Shown piece by piece: positions 16,748 through 26,383 of a stretch of 62,812 bases of DNA. The translations under genes were made by a program, and so were the position numbers. Numbering within the stretch: position 1 is the stretch's first letter; each line of letters begins with the position of its first letter. This stretch comes from a virus, in IMG/VR virus record IMGVR_UViG_3300019458_000022. One strand, 5' to 3'. The notes under the pieces were generated by a model, which saw nothing but the letters and a program-made list of their open reading frames with translations, was not told the DNA's origin and did not search any database.

Positions 16748-17281
16748 ATGAAGGACCGAAGACTTCTCGATCACCAGAAATACTCCGAGTGCCAACTCGT
16801 CGCCGTCGTCAACGCGGCGGCCTACCTCGGAGAACCGCTGGTTGATCCGGATTCCGAGGAATACGAGCGCCTGATCGACCTCGTCGGTGCGCGTCATGGG
16901 AGCGCCATCTCGATCCGGCTGGCTGTCAACTACCTCAGGCTCCGTTGCCACGAGATCGAGCCGCTCAGTCTGGAGAACGTGAAGGAGTTTACGCTGTCCG
17001 GGAAGCCCGTTTCCGTGAGCATCCGGCATCCCGATCCCGGGCTCCATCAGGTCTTGCTCACGGATGGGGATTCTGCGGCCGTCCGGGCTTGGAATCTTAG
17101 AATCAAGGACTGTCCGGACGGCCGCTTGACCTGGCCCCGCCTTGGTGAACTGATGGCCGCGGTCGCGCCCCACCTCCGGAAAGCCGAATGGTACGAGCTT
17201 GACCCCATGAAGGTACGTAAGAAGGATGGTGAAGGAGGAGGAGACCATGCTGTCCGTTCCACGTCTTCGCTACGCCGATGA
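16748..17281 (+). CDS. C39/papain-like peptidase-fold protein
   Basis: Q...EC.LVA..NA...LHQVL. Confidence 0.5.
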   Translation: MKDRRLLDHQKYSECQLVAVVNAAAYLGEPLVDPDSEEYERLIDLVGARHGSAISIRLAVNYLRLRCHEIEPLSLENVKEFTLSGKPVSVSIRHPDPGLHQVLLTDGDSAAVRAWNLRIKDCPDGRLTWPRLGELMAAVAPHLRKAEWYELDPMKVRKKDGEGGGDHAVRSTSSLRR

Positions 17282-17873
17282 GTTCGACCCCCTGACGAGC
17301 GACGAGGTCGTCGATCTCGTCTTCCCGCGCCGTGGTATGCACGCGGGGCGGGAGCGCATCCACCGGATTCCGCTCGTCACGGTCGAGTTCCCGAAGTCGA
17401 AGCGCATGGACGTCCATTCCAAGAAGGGCGTCCTCGGGCTCACCCAGGACCAGGTCGATTGGGTCCTTGGCTGGAAGTGCGCGATGCCGTGGGCCGACAT
17501 CCCGTCGATCGAGTTCCTCTTCTCGGAGGCTCAGCACCTGTGGGGGCATCCGCTTCTCGACCGGTTCGATACGGCCATCCGGGATTCGATGGCCCAGGTC
17601 GCGGTCGAAGCCGTCTACCAGGCGTTCTATCTCCTCTCGGACTTGCTCTACGATCCCAAGACCAAGTACCGCCCCGAGCACGACGATAGCCTCCTCTGGC
17701 ACCGGATGGCCACGTACTACTACTGGGCCGTAAGCGAACAAGTCGGTTCCGGCCTTCCGGGTTTCTTCGCCAAAATGGACAGGATGAACCGCTGGACGTC
17801 GGCCAGGGTCCGGAAGACCTTGAACGAGATCATGGAGCGCGGCCGGATCGTGCCGAAGAGGAAGGCCAGGTAG
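17247..17873 (+). CDS. hypothetical protein
   Basis: Strong SD GGAGGAGG. Confidence 0.7.
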   Translation: MLSVPRLRYADEFDPLTSDEVVDLVFPRRGMHAGRERIHRIPLVTVEFPKSKRMDVHSKKGVLGLTQDQVDWVLGWKCAMPWADIPSIEFLFSEAQHLWGHPLLDRFDTAIRDSMAQVAVEAVYQAFYLLSDLLYDPKTKYRPEHDDSLLWHRMATYYYWAVSEQVGSGLPGFFAKMDRMNRWTSARVRKTLNEIMERGRIVPKRKAR

Positions 17874-17874
17874 C

Positions 17875-18561
17875 TCAGGACTCGCTCTCTTCCCACAGGT
17901 ACCGCTGGCCCATCCGGCGCTCGGCTTCCCGGCGCGCCTCCCTCGCCAGGTGATCGAGGGCGTCCCGAACGAAGTCCGGTAGAAGTTCCGGCCGGTCAAT
18001 AAGGCCGAGTTGCTCGTACGCCCAGAGCAGGCCGCCTTCCAAGGTCTCGTTGTAGCGAAGGAACTGGGTCGTCCGATCGGCCTCGTCCGGGTCCCCTGTC
18101 TCCTGGGAGACCATAAACGACGTGAAGTCGCCGAGCCAGACCTCGTAGTCACTCCGGCCAGTCCACAGGATCGCGGCCCCTTCGATCCGTCCCGGAAGCC
18201 GGAAGTGCGTGAACTCGAAGTCCTCCCCCATGAAACCGTCCATCCCGCGCGTTCTGCCTTCGCCCCATTCGGCGAGTTTTCCGTCCTTGGCCTTCAACCA
18301 GTCGAGCGCGGGTTCGTCGCCCTCGTACGGGAAGTTGTAGAGGCTCGCCGTAAGAGCCCTGTCAAACCACATGTTCTCGCCGATCCAGTTCCGCGAGTGG
18401 AGTCTCACCCAGTAATCGCCGTCCGACGACACCTCGACGCGCATCAGGGGGTTGTCCATCACGATGCTTTCCGGGGTCGCCGTGACGACGATCGTATGGT
18501 TAGCACCCGGAACCTTGACTCCCGGATACCAGCGTTTCCGGATGAGTGGGATTCGCGCCAT
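17875..18561 (-). CDS. hypothetical protein, N-terminal RKRW
   Basis: MARIPLIRKRWYPG. Confidence 0.7.
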   Translation of the reverse strand: MARIPLIRKRWYPGVKVPGANHTIVVTATPESIVMDNPLMRVEVSSDGDYWVRLHSRNWIGENMWFDRALTASLYNFPYEGDEPALDWLKAKDGKLAEWGEGRTRGMDGFMGEDFEFTHFRLPGRIEGAAILWTGRSDYEVWLGDFTSFMVSQETGDPDEADRTTQFLRYNETLEGGLLWAYEQLGLIDRPELLPDFVRDALDHLAREARREAERRMGQRYLWEESES

Positions 18562-18563
18562 CC

Positions 18564-18911
18564 CTAGTCCCACCAGAGCCGGAGCACCGCCCGGCCAGGT
18601 TCCCCGTAGATGGGCTCGAAGTGCTGGTGGTGTCCCAAGCCTTCCCAGACGATCTCCGAAGGCTCCCAGGAACGCGCGAGCGCCAGGAGTTCCGATTCAC
18701 CGCCCGGCGACGGAAGGATGAAGAGCGTGTCGGCGTAGTGCTCCCCGTGCGGGAGCGCCTGAAGGATGCCTCCGGGATTCATGTGGGTCACGAATGCGGC
18801 CTGCCAAAGCCCCCGGTGGCGATCCAGATCCCGAGCGACGCGGCGCCCATCCAGGGCATTCCACCGGACGGTGCCGAGAAGATCCAGTTGGAGCTTCTGG
18901 ACGCGGTTCAT
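18564..18911 (-). CDS. hypothetical protein
   Basis: ORF in a chain; ends LRLWWD. Confidence 0.65.
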   Translation of the reverse strand: MNRVQKLQLDLLGTVRWNALDGRRVARDLDRHRGLWQAAFVTHMNPGGILQALPHGEHYADTLFILPSPGGESELLALARSWEPSEIVWEGLGHHQHFEPIYGEPGRAVLRLWWD

Positions 18912-18916
18912 GACCC

Positions 18917-19357
18917 TCAGAGGACTCGCCGAACGTCCGAGACCTTGAGCCAGAACGGCCACGGCTTCTCGTAGCGCGGCTCCCCGACCAGGAAGGTCAC
19001 GTTCTCGGCGTCCACCTTCACCGCGACCGGAAGCCGTTCGATCTTGTTTTCGGGCGACCGGATGCCGAGCAGGATCGCGCCCGGACCGTGGTCCATGATC
19101 TCCCTCATGCTCGTGAGCGGGGCTTCGGCGATCGCGTCCCGGCCTCGCTCGACGAACACGCGGATACGGAAGAGGTCGCGGTCCCCGTCCGAAAGGAGCG
19201 TGCCCGGGAAAACGATCGGGTCGTCCGTCAGGAAGTACGTCCGGATCTCGACCGGCCCGTGACGCCGGATCGCGCGGGATGCCGACACGCCCACGATCGC
19301 GCCCGCGGCTAGGACCGAACCCGAACCGATGAACGCGCGCCTGCTCAGCGTCTCCAT
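18917..19357 (-). CDS. protein with a twin-arginine-like signal peptide
   Basis: LSRRAFIG followed by a hydrophobic segment. Confidence 0.6.
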   Translation of the reverse strand: METLSRRAFIGSGSVLAAGAIVGVSASRAIRRHGPVEIRTYFLTDDPIVFPGTLLSDGDRDLFRIRVFVERGRDAIAEAPLTSMREIMDHGPGAILLGIRSPENKIERLPVAVKVDAENVTFLVGEPRYEKPWPFWLKVSDVRRVL

Positions 19358-19518
19358 TGCTCCTCTTCTCCTAAAGAAGCACTCTCCGTGGATTCTACCC
19401 CTTCTGGCGCCCGGTTGGAAGCATGGAAGGGATGCCCCGGGCCAGGTACAATCCCAGGATGGCCCGCTACCGGTCCGGAGACTATCGCGCCGAGGTCCCG
19501 GCGCGCTCGAAGAAGTAG

Positions 19519-19815
19519 ATGATCACCTGGAGAAAGCGCTGGGGCGTGGATAATGTGGTTCTGATCGTAGATAGCATGCAGGTTGACCCGGAAACGGGCG
19601 AGAATTACTACTCCGCGGGCGTCTACCATTGGCCCTACCCGAAGGAATACTTCAAGGACTCCGACGTTAGGCAGCCTTGGCTTCGTGACCTGACTCGAAG
19701 GGGAAAAGCGCTGGGACGCAGCCCATTTTCCGGGACTCGCACGGCAGCTTTCCGAGCAGCCGAACGAAAAATAAAGGACCGATTCTCAATCGTGGCCAAG
19801 ATAGCATTATTCTAA
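19519..19815 (+). CDS. hypothetical protein, N-terminal WRKRW
   Basis: MITWRKRWG. Confidence 0.65.
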   Translation: MITWRKRWGVDNVVLIVDSMQVDPETGENYYSAGVYHWPYPKEYFKDSDVRQPWLRDLTRRGKALGRSPFSGTRTAAFRAAERKIKDRFSIVAKIALF

Positions 19816-19819
19816 AGCC

Positions 19820-20218
19820 ATGGTCACCTGGAGAAAGCGCTGGCCGCTGCGCCCGCCTCCCAAGCCGGAGGAACTGGACAAGTTCACCAGGTCGTACATC
19901 GAGACCGCGCTTTGGTCCTCAACCGATGAAGTTGGAGTTCCGCTCGATGAGAATTACGACATCCACGACATCGCCCCCGAAACGCTCCGCAAGATGGCCG
20001 AGGACACGGCTGCCTTCCAGGAATCTAACTGGGACGACATCAAGTTCGCGCTCGAACGGGCCGGTCACGATTTCTGGTTGACCCGAAACAGGCACGGCGC
20101 TGGATTCTGGGATGGAGATTGGCCGAGGGACGTCGGCAGGCGCCTGACCGAGGAATCACATCCCTACGGCACCTTCGACCTCTACGTCGGGGATGACGGA
20201 AAAATCCACGGCCAGTAG
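19820..20218 (+). CDS. conserved phage-type protein (GHDFWLTRNxHGAGFWD), N-terminal WRKRW
   Basis: Motif recalled from phage hypothetical proteins; starts MVTWRKRWP. Confidence 0.7.
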   Translation: MVTWRKRWPLRPPPKPEELDKFTRSYIETALWSSTDEVGVPLDENYDIHDIAPETLRKMAEDTAAFQESNWDDIKFALERAGHDFWLTRNRHGAGFWDGDWPRDVGRRLTEESHPYGTFDLYVGDDGKIHGQ

Positions 20219-20246
20219 AGCATGCATACGCGGTACAATCCCTCTG

Positions 20247-20444
20247 ATGAGAAGGAAACGAGAAAGCCTCGGGGACTTCCATAGGCGCATGTACCGATGC
20301 GTCCTTCGCCTCGAATACGACCCGCCCAAGAAAAGGCGCCTCAGGCAGCGCGCGATCGAGGAGTGCCTGAACACCCACGGCATAGGATGCGCCTGCTGGA
20401 AGGAGAAGCTAAACCGTCCGACCGAGAAGAACCGGAAAGCCTGA
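20247..20444 (+). CDS. small basic protein (leaderless)
   Basis: TACAAT 7 nt before the ATG. Confidence 0.55.
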   Translation: MRRKRESLGDFHRRMYRCVLRLEYDPPKKRRLRQRAIEECLNTHGIGCACWKEKLNRPTEKNRKA

Positions 20445-20448
20445 GCGT

Positions 20449-21033
20449 TCAGTTCATCCCCAAAGGGGGCGGCCTCCTCAACTCTTCCGGCAGGAGGGTC
20501 GAGTCCGGCCCGAGGTCTCCCCAGTGGCCTTGGTCGCACACCACCCGATACCACCCTCGCGTCCTGGAATCCGGACTGTAGAGCTTTGCAGTTCTTCGGC
20601 ACGAAGGGCACGGGATTTCCGCAACGAGAGCGCCCTCGGCCAATGACGGAAGATCTTCCGGATGAACTTCGCCCGTCGCGATCTCGAACTGGTGACCGCA
20701 GGCGGGACAGGCTTCTAGGGATACCGGAGGCACGCGGATCTTGCAGTTCGGACACTCGACCTCCGGCGGTAGGACAAACGCGGGGAGGTCCGCATCATCA
20801 TGGGACTCGCATGCCCTGCGCGCGCGGAAGCGCCTCAGCATATCGAAGATGACCCACGGCCAGATGAACGCGCCGAAGAGTAAGGCGAAAACGTAGACGA
20901 GGGGCATCGTCTCCATGGCCTCCGAGAACACCTTCCGTCTGCGCTCGTCGAATCGAAGCGAAACGCGGACCACGAGGAGGCCGATCGCGATGTAAACGCA
21001 AGCAACAAGCGCAACGATCGCCGACGTCGCCAA
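20449..21033 (-). CDS. membrane protein with Zn-ribbons
   Basis: Two hydrophobic helices and several CxxC pairs. Confidence 0.65.
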   Translation of the reverse strand: MATSAIVALVACVYIAIGLLVVRVSLRFDERRRKVFSEAMETMPLVYVFALLFGAFIWPWVIFDMLRRFRARRACESHDDADLPAFVLPPEVECPNCKIRVPPVSLEACPACGHQFEIATGEVHPEDLPSLAEGALVAEIPCPSCRRTAKLYSPDSRTRGWYRVVCDQGHWGDLGPDSTLLPEELRRPPPLGMN

Positions 21034-21044
21034 TGGTCGGACCT

Positions 21045-21359
21045 TTACCGCGGCGTCGGACTGGGCGACGGACTGACCGACGACGGCGGCGCGGGCGGCG
21101 GTTGAGGCCGTGGCGCGGGAACGGTGCGCTGAGGAGGAGGCGACGGAGGCGCGACCGCCGGAGCCGGGGGAGGGGGCGGCGGGGAAGGCGCGGGCGCAGG
21201 TGCGGCCGTCACCGGGGCCGGAGGCGGCGCAGGTGGGGGAGAGGGCTTCACCGTCTCCGCCTGAGGCGCGGGTGCCGGAGCCGGAGGCGCAGGTTCGGGT
21301 TTCGATCGGGACTTCGGCTTCGAGGGCGCCTTGGACGTCTTCTTCTTCTTCTCCACCAT
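21045..21359 (-). CDS. Lys/Pro-rich low-complexity protein
   Basis: SD GAGGGGAGG; poly-Pro tracts. Confidence 0.55.
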   Translation of the reverse strand: MVEKKKKTSKAPSKPKSRSKPEPAPPAPAPAPQAETVKPSPPPAPPPAPVTAAPAPAPSPPPPPPAPAVAPPSPPPQRTVPAPRPQPPPAPPSSVSPSPSPTPR

Positions 21360-21447
21360 CAGAACCTCCCCTCTTCCGTGCAAATTCCCCTAAATTCTAC
21401 ACCACGGAGGTTCGATCTGTCCAAGAAGAACGACTAGAATCCATCGT

Positions 21448-21983
21448 CGGAACGGAATTATCCCTTTGAGTCAGCCCAGCCCATGATACCCCAATCGGTA
21501 GTGGCGGACCAGATTGAGCAAGCTGAACTCGAACGCCGTCCTGTACATGGATGATGCGATGCTGTAGAATGGTGGCCGTCGATCTGCGACCGGAGGTTCA
21601 GAATGGCAAAGACGTCAGTCTCGGAGAAGATGCTGTATTTGTCTGGCCTGTACCTGAACCGGATGGAGCGCAACCCCCGCGAAGAACGCCCTGAGGTAGC
21701 TGCTTTCTGGGCAACTATGATCCATAGCCAGTTCGCCCTTGCTCGATCTATGGCGGCGGATGGGCAGATGCACAAGGATGTCTTCGACGAACTAAACAAG
21801 CACGACGATAGGGCGATGAAGGTTATCCAGCGGCTAGGCCCCCAGGAGCTAGAAGGGCTCGGCTCTGCGGATGCCGACGCTTGCGCTGGCGCTGTTCTTG
21901 ATGCCTACGAACAGTTCCGGGAAGAAGGCGAGCGGATTGGCGTACTGTAGGTTACTTCGAACTGACTCAAAGGGATAATTCCG
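21448..21983. mobile_element. non-autonomous TIR-bounded cargo element
   Basis: Perfect 22-bp inverted repeats CGGAATTATCCCTTTGAGTCAG (21453-21474 / 21962-21983), flanked by direct repeat TCCATCGT (21440-21447 / 21984-21991); no transposase. Confidence 0.75.
21603..21950 (+). CDS. hypothetical cargo protein of the TIR element
   Basis: SD GGAGG; 115 aa. Confidence 0.7.
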   Translation: MAKTSVSEKMLYLSGLYLNRMERNPREERPEVAAFWATMIHSQFALARSMAADGQMHKDVFDELNKHDDRAMKVIQRLGPQELEGLGSADADACAGAVLDAYEQFREEGERIGVL

Positions 21984-22060
21984 TCCATCGTTTCCACGAA
22001 GACGACGCCTGCACGGACGAACTTCGCGAGCGCCCCGTCCGATCACCTCCGCTCGGGAGG

Positions 22061-22444
22061 CTACCACCAACCACATTCGCCCTGGATTCGCATCTCCGGA
22101 TAGGGAATCCGGATGAAGATATTCCCGGCCAGGGTGTAATCCAAACGGCCGCCGGTCGGCTCGTAGACGTAGATGTCCATAAGATCGCCTGGGAGGATGT
22201 ACTTCCGGACGTTCGTCAAGGAGTCGAAATCGCCGCCCCACGGAAAGCCTTCGACTTGATCTCCCTGATAGACGCCCGATTTCGATCGCTCCCCGCCTAC
22301 GGCCACGTCGAGCTTCATTCCCCGAACGTCAAGCCGCCGCAGGCATTCAGTGATGAATTCATTGATCTCCCGCCGGGTCATCCCAGGAGGCGGCGCCCAT
22401 CGTTTCCGCCATCTGATCGTGGTCGGCCTGGCCATGGTCGTCAT
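22061..22444 (-). CDS. hypothetical protein, N-terminal WRKRW
   Basis: TIRWRKRWAPPP. Confidence 0.65.
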   Translation of the reverse strand: MTTMARPTTIRWRKRWAPPPGMTRREINEFITECLRRLDVRGMKLDVAVGGERSKSGVYQGDQVEGFPWGGDFDSLTNVRKYILPGDLMDIYVYEPTGGRLDYTLAGNIFIRIPYPEMRIQGECGWW

Positions 22445-22445
22445 T

Positions 22446-22874
22446 CTACGGAAGAGGCCACGGTCCGTAAACCGCCGAGAATCTCCGCGCTTCGATCGAC
22501 GGCCTCGGAATCCAGAAAAGAACGCCCGCGGCATCCCCTTCGTAGAGCAGTCGGGCGTCCCGCGGGAGATCGACCTCGAAACAGGCCGACCCGTACCAGA
22601 ATCTGGGCTCCTCGGCCACCCAGATCGGGGTCCCGCGGCCGTAGATGCGCCTCCAGGACTCTTCGAGGCGCCGGACGGCCGCTTCCGGGATGTCCTTTGG
22701 CGACCGGTAGTCACCGGCGAGCGCGTCGATCATCCGGATTTCCGGCGGGGGAAGCGTCTCGATGTAGAGGTCGAAGAACTCGCGGAATGCCCAGGAAGGG
22801 ACCGTCCAGCGGAAGCCTTCGCTCAGGATGCGTTCCGCTTCCTGGGGGTGCGCGCAGTGGTACCAGCGCGGCAT
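22446..22874 (-). CDS. ADP-ribosyltransferase-like protein
   Basis: WYHC....A..IL.EGF...IWVA....YG.ACFEVDL. Confidence 0.55.
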   Translation of the reverse strand: MPRWYHCAHPQEAERILSEGFRWTVPSWAFREFFDLYIETLPPPEIRMIDALAGDYRSPKDIPEAAVRRLEESWRRIYGRGTPIWVAEEPRFWYGSACFEVDLPRDARLLYEGDAAGVLFWIPRPSIEARRFSAVYGPWPLP

Positions 22875-22879
22875 GGCCG

Positions 22880-23413
22880 TTAGACGTAGAGTTCCCGGCT
22901 CGTGATCAGGATCACCCGGGCGGCGCGGGCCGCCTCTTCCGGCGTTTCCACCCGGACCACGGCATCGAAGAACGCATCTCCCGAGGGCCCTGTCGCGACC
23001 TCGTAGAGTCCGATCTCGCGGAGCCGGTAGGCCAGGACATCGAGGAGCGTCGCCATCGCGAGATCCACGCGCTTCTTCGAGATCTCCCTGCGCTCCTTCT
23101 TGGCCTCGATCTCGCTGATGAAGCTGCGTCCCACGTAGAATCGCCATTGACCCCCGATGAACGTGCCTCGGACCCACGAGAGGTTTGGGTCTTTGCTATC
23201 GACCGCGGCATCAAACTGCTGCCAGGCGGCGATGAACTCCTTGAGTTCCGGACGGTGGCGGTAAATCCAGCCCGGCGCGCTTTCCACGTCCAGGTGCTTG
23301 ACGTCGGAATGGACAAGGCGCCATTCCCGCTTAGGCACCCGCTGCCTTTCGAAGAGTTGGCCTCCCGCTTCGATCCGGTAGTCCTGTAACATGGCTATCT
23401 CGGCATCGGCCAA
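22880..23413 (-). CDS. hypothetical protein
   Basis: ORF in a chain. Confidence 0.6.
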   Translation of the reverse strand: MADAEIAMLQDYRIEAGGQLFERQRVPKREWRLVHSDVKHLDVESAPGWIYRHRPELKEFIAAWQQFDAAVDSKDPNLSWVRGTFIGGQWRFYVGRSFISEIEAKKERREISKKRVDLAMATLLDVLAYRLREIGLYEVATGPSGDAFFDAVVRVETPEEAARAARVILITSRELYV

Positions 23414-23973
23414 AGGAGCGCGGGATCGACCTCCACCTTGACCCAGTCGCGGTACTGCCCCACGAAGACCGTGGGCATGTCGCTCGCGTCAAGATAGCGG
23501 CGCTCTCGCCTCCAGTCCGGGAGTAGTTCTTCCTCGTAATAGACCGCGTGCCCGGTCGGGTCGATCAGTTCGATGGCCACCCACATGAGCGCGTTTGGGT
23601 CTTCGCGCCAGAGCGCGCCCGCGCGGTGTCGGCCCTCGTGACGGGTAATCCGGCCGGTCTCCAGGTCCACGCCGAGGAAAGGCGCGACCACGATTTCCCC
23701 GGAGAGCGCAAGGTCGTTATAGAAGTCGAGCGTCTCCTTCGGGCCTTTTACATCCGGATCGGGGCTGAGGATCGCGTTGACATCGAGTTCGCTTGCGGTC
23801 GTAAGGCGGATGACATCGACCGGGTCCATCGGCAGGAAACCGATGGCCTTGTTCCCCTGCGCCACCCAGACCTGGTCCGAAGTGACGATCAGGTGATCGT
23901 CCTGAAGCGGTGGAGGTACAGGGAAGAGGGGTCCCCGCCGGGCTTCCGTACGCCTCCGGCGCCTCGTCTTCAC
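23395..23973 (-). CDS. ParB/Srx-like domain protein
   Basis: PFL...HEGRHRA; leaderless after TACAAT. Confidence 0.55.
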   Translation of the reverse strand: MKTRRRRRTEARRGPLFPVPPPLQDDHLIVTSDQVWVAQGNKAIGFLPMDPVDVIRLTTASELDVNAILSPDPDVKGPKETLDFYNDLALSGEIVVAPFLGVDLETGRITRHEGRHRAGALWREDPNALMWVAIELIDPTGHAVYYEEELLPDWRRERRYLDASDMPTVFVGQYRDWVKVEVDPALLWPMPR

Positions 23974-24079
23974 GACTCCACATTGTAACAGGCGAGGGTG
24001 CCCCATTGAAGTGCTGGTGAGTCATGGAGAAACCTGTATACTTAGATGGGGGGAAAGCCGATAGGACGAGGGCTGAACG

Positions 24080-24517
24080 ATGCCGGTCTACCTGAGCAAG
24101 AAGGACATGTCCGATCTTCTCGTCACCGCATGGGAGGGAGGGTCGAACTACTGGATCGAGCACGCCGACTACGTGCCCCCCAAGGGCATGTCGATCGAGA
24201 ACCTGAGGGCCCTGGCGTGGGAAGCCGCCCCGCCGGAGGAACATGAACTGTGGCGACGCGAGGGACCCAAAGGCCGCTGGCCCCTCTACGCCTTCCTTCC
24301 GTTGCTGCCCCCGAGCGTGAAGTGGAAAATCAAGTTCAAGCCGATCGAGGACGAGCCCGCGGTCTTCCTGACGCCCGAGAACATGCGCGAGGCCGCTCCC
24401 AAGCTCGTGGACACCCATCCCAAGATCTTCGGGCGCATCAAGAGCGGCGATTTCGACGCAGGGGATGCCGACGCCTGGCTCCAGACGGCCGTCTTCGACG
24501 AAATCATCTTCGGATAG
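24080..24517 (+). CDS. conserved phage-type hypothetical protein
   Basis: TAWEGGSNYW...DAGDADAWLQ.AVF.EIIFG. Confidence 0.7.
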   Translation: MPVYLSKKDMSDLLVTAWEGGSNYWIEHADYVPPKGMSIENLRALAWEAAPPEEHELWRREGPKGRWPLYAFLPLLPPSVKWKIKFKPIEDEPAVFLTPENMREAAPKLVDTHPKIFGRIKSGDFDAGDADAWLQTAVFDEIIFG

Positions 24518-24526
24518 GACCGGCCG

Positions 24527-25267
24527 ATGATCCGGCCGCCCATCCTCCGAGACGAGCCCGATTACGGCCTCGGTCGGCTCGGAACAGCCGCGCGCCGCGC
24601 AGGGAATCCCGAACTCCAGGCGCTCATGGAGGAGTACGCCGAGGACGTTGGCCTCCCCCCGCTGAGAAGCACTCCTCAGGTCGAATGGGACCCGGAACGC
24701 TGTCGCGAGATCGCCCAGGAATTCGGCGCGCTTCCTTTTCGCGAACGAGGCGCCCCCGTCCGTGAAGCCTACCGGGCGCTCGCGGACGAAATCGGACGGC
24801 AGTTCGACTTCCTGTCGCGTTTCTACGCCTTCGACTGGTACGGGGATGGAGATCCCGTGCCGTACCGGGACTCGAAGGACATGATGGAGGACGTCCGGCG
24901 GAATCGCCACTTGTGGGTCTACACCGGAGGCGCGCCGCACTCGATCTGGTCGGACGAGGAGAACCTGAGGTTCAGGGCCGTCCACGACCTCTTCGGCCAT
25001 GCGGCGCAGGGCTGGACGTTCGGTCCCCATGGCGAGGAGAATGCCTGGGTCGAGCACTCGAAGCTGTTCTCGCCGATCGCGCGCGCGGCGCTCGCGACTG
25101 AGACCCGCGGGCAGAATTCCTGGTTCAACTGCGGCCCCCATGCGCACCTTCCGGTCGCCGAGCGCCCTTATGCCGAGCAGAAGGGGGCCCTCCTTCCGGA
25201 AGATCGCTGGACCCATCCTGTCCTCGAAGAAGCCTATCGGGACATCCCAGAATTCGTGTATCTTTAG
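24527..25267 (+). CDS. zincin-like (HDxxGH...E) domain protein
   Basis: FRAVHDLFGH...GEENAW...ETRGQNSW. Confidence 0.65.
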   Translation: MIRPPILRDEPDYGLGRLGTAARRAGNPELQALMEEYAEDVGLPPLRSTPQVEWDPERCREIAQEFGALPFRERGAPVREAYRALADEIGRQFDFLSRFYAFDWYGDGDPVPYRDSKDMMEDVRRNRHLWVYTGGAPHSIWSDEENLRFRAVHDLFGHAAQGWTFGPHGEENAWVEHSKLFSPIARAALATETRGQNSWFNCGPHAHLPVAERPYAEQKGALLPEDRWTHPVLEEAYRDIPEFVYL

Positions 25268-25702
25268 GTGAGCTTCATGAACCTCGTCTGCACGGCGCCT
25301 TTCGGCTGCACGAACAGGAACGTCCGCCACGAGACGGACGATCTCAAGGAACTCCACGGTTCTCCGGAGAAGCCGATCCCGGTCGAGGAGCGGGACGTCA
25401 ACAAGTTCGTGAAGTGGGAATGGGAGCACATCGGCCGCTCGGTCGTGCCCTTCAACCGCTGCCAGCAGAGCCTCCACGAGGAGAACGACCGCTGGTTCGA
25501 CCGGATCGTCGTCCGGGACTCCGGCGGGAAGCACCACGTCTTCTGGTTCGAGATCACCGACCAGTACAAGGAGCGTTCGCAGGCGATGAAGCAGGCGTTC
25601 GAGGACTACAAGGCCGGTAAAGCGATCCCCGAAGAAGCCCGCAAGGCCATCCTCAAGGCGGAGAAGGCCCAGAAGACGAACAGCCGCATCGTCCGACTCT
25701 AG
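25268..25702 (+). CDS. hypothetical protein
   Basis: ORF in a chain; strong GC3 bias. Confidence 0.65.
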   Translation: MSFMNLVCTAPFGCTNRNVRHETDDLKELHGSPEKPIPVEERDVNKFVKWEWEHIGRSVVPFNRCQQSLHEENDRWFDRIVVRDSGGKHHVFWFEITDQYKERSQAMKQAFEDYKAGKAIPEEARKAILKAEKAQKTNSRIVRL

Positions 25703-25710
25703 GAGAGTTC

Positions 25711-25944
25711 GTGAAAGGGAACGCTCCGATCTACCGGGAAGACCTGGACCGGTCCGTCTGCGAGGGCTGCGGAAAGCGCCCGGAGGATCACACGTTCCAG
25801 ATAAACCCGGTCTGCCACGACGATGCCGGTGTCGTCGCCGAATACCGGGTGGGCGAAGGCACGCTCCGTCTCTACTGCAACGTCTGCAACGACCTCGTCA
25901 TGGTCCTCCAGGTCGCGCGGAGATCCATCGTCGGCGTGAACTGA
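25711..25944 (+). CDS. small Zn-binding protein
   Basis: CEGC, CH, CNVC. Confidence 0.6.
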   Translation: MKGNAPIYREDLDRSVCEGCGKRPEDHTFQINPVCHDDAGVVAEYRVGEGTLRLYCNVCNDLVMVLQVARRSIVGVN

Positions 25945-25952
25945 GTGTCCCG

Positions 25953-26381
25953 ATGTCCAAAAATCGCTCGCTCACGGTACTTCCGGCCCGGAACTCGCTC
26001 ATCCCGAGGAAATCGGTTGCATTCATCGGCGGACCCAAGATCGAGCGCCTGAAGGGGGTTCCGAAGAAGACCATCTACGAGTGGATGGATGAACCCATCG
26101 GGAGCGGCATCTTGAAGGGCGTTTCAAGGAAGTCTGTCCTCATGAGCGCGGGGATCGCGCTCGGAGGGCTCATCCATTATCTCTCCTGCGACGAGAAGGA
26201 CCACCGGAACTGCAAGATCTCGATGGAGATCATGGAAACCGACGATCCCAGGATCGCGAAGGCGTGGCACGACCGGTTCTGGAACGACTTCTTCGGGGAC
26301 CCGGAAGACCCGCTGGGCCGGATGATGCGCGACGTCCTTGCCGGAACCGATGATCGGCGTACCCCATCGAGGCGCCCGTAG
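25953..26381 (+). CDS. hypothetical protein
   Basis: ORF in a chain. Confidence 0.6.
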   Translation: MSKNRSLTVLPARNSLIPRKSVAFIGGPKIERLKGVPKKTIYEWMDEPIGSGILKGVSRKSVLMSAGIALGGLIHYLSCDEKDHRNCKISMEIMETDDPRIAKAWHDRFWNDFFGDPEDPLGRMMRDVLAGTDDRRTPSRRP

Positions 26382-26383
26382 CG

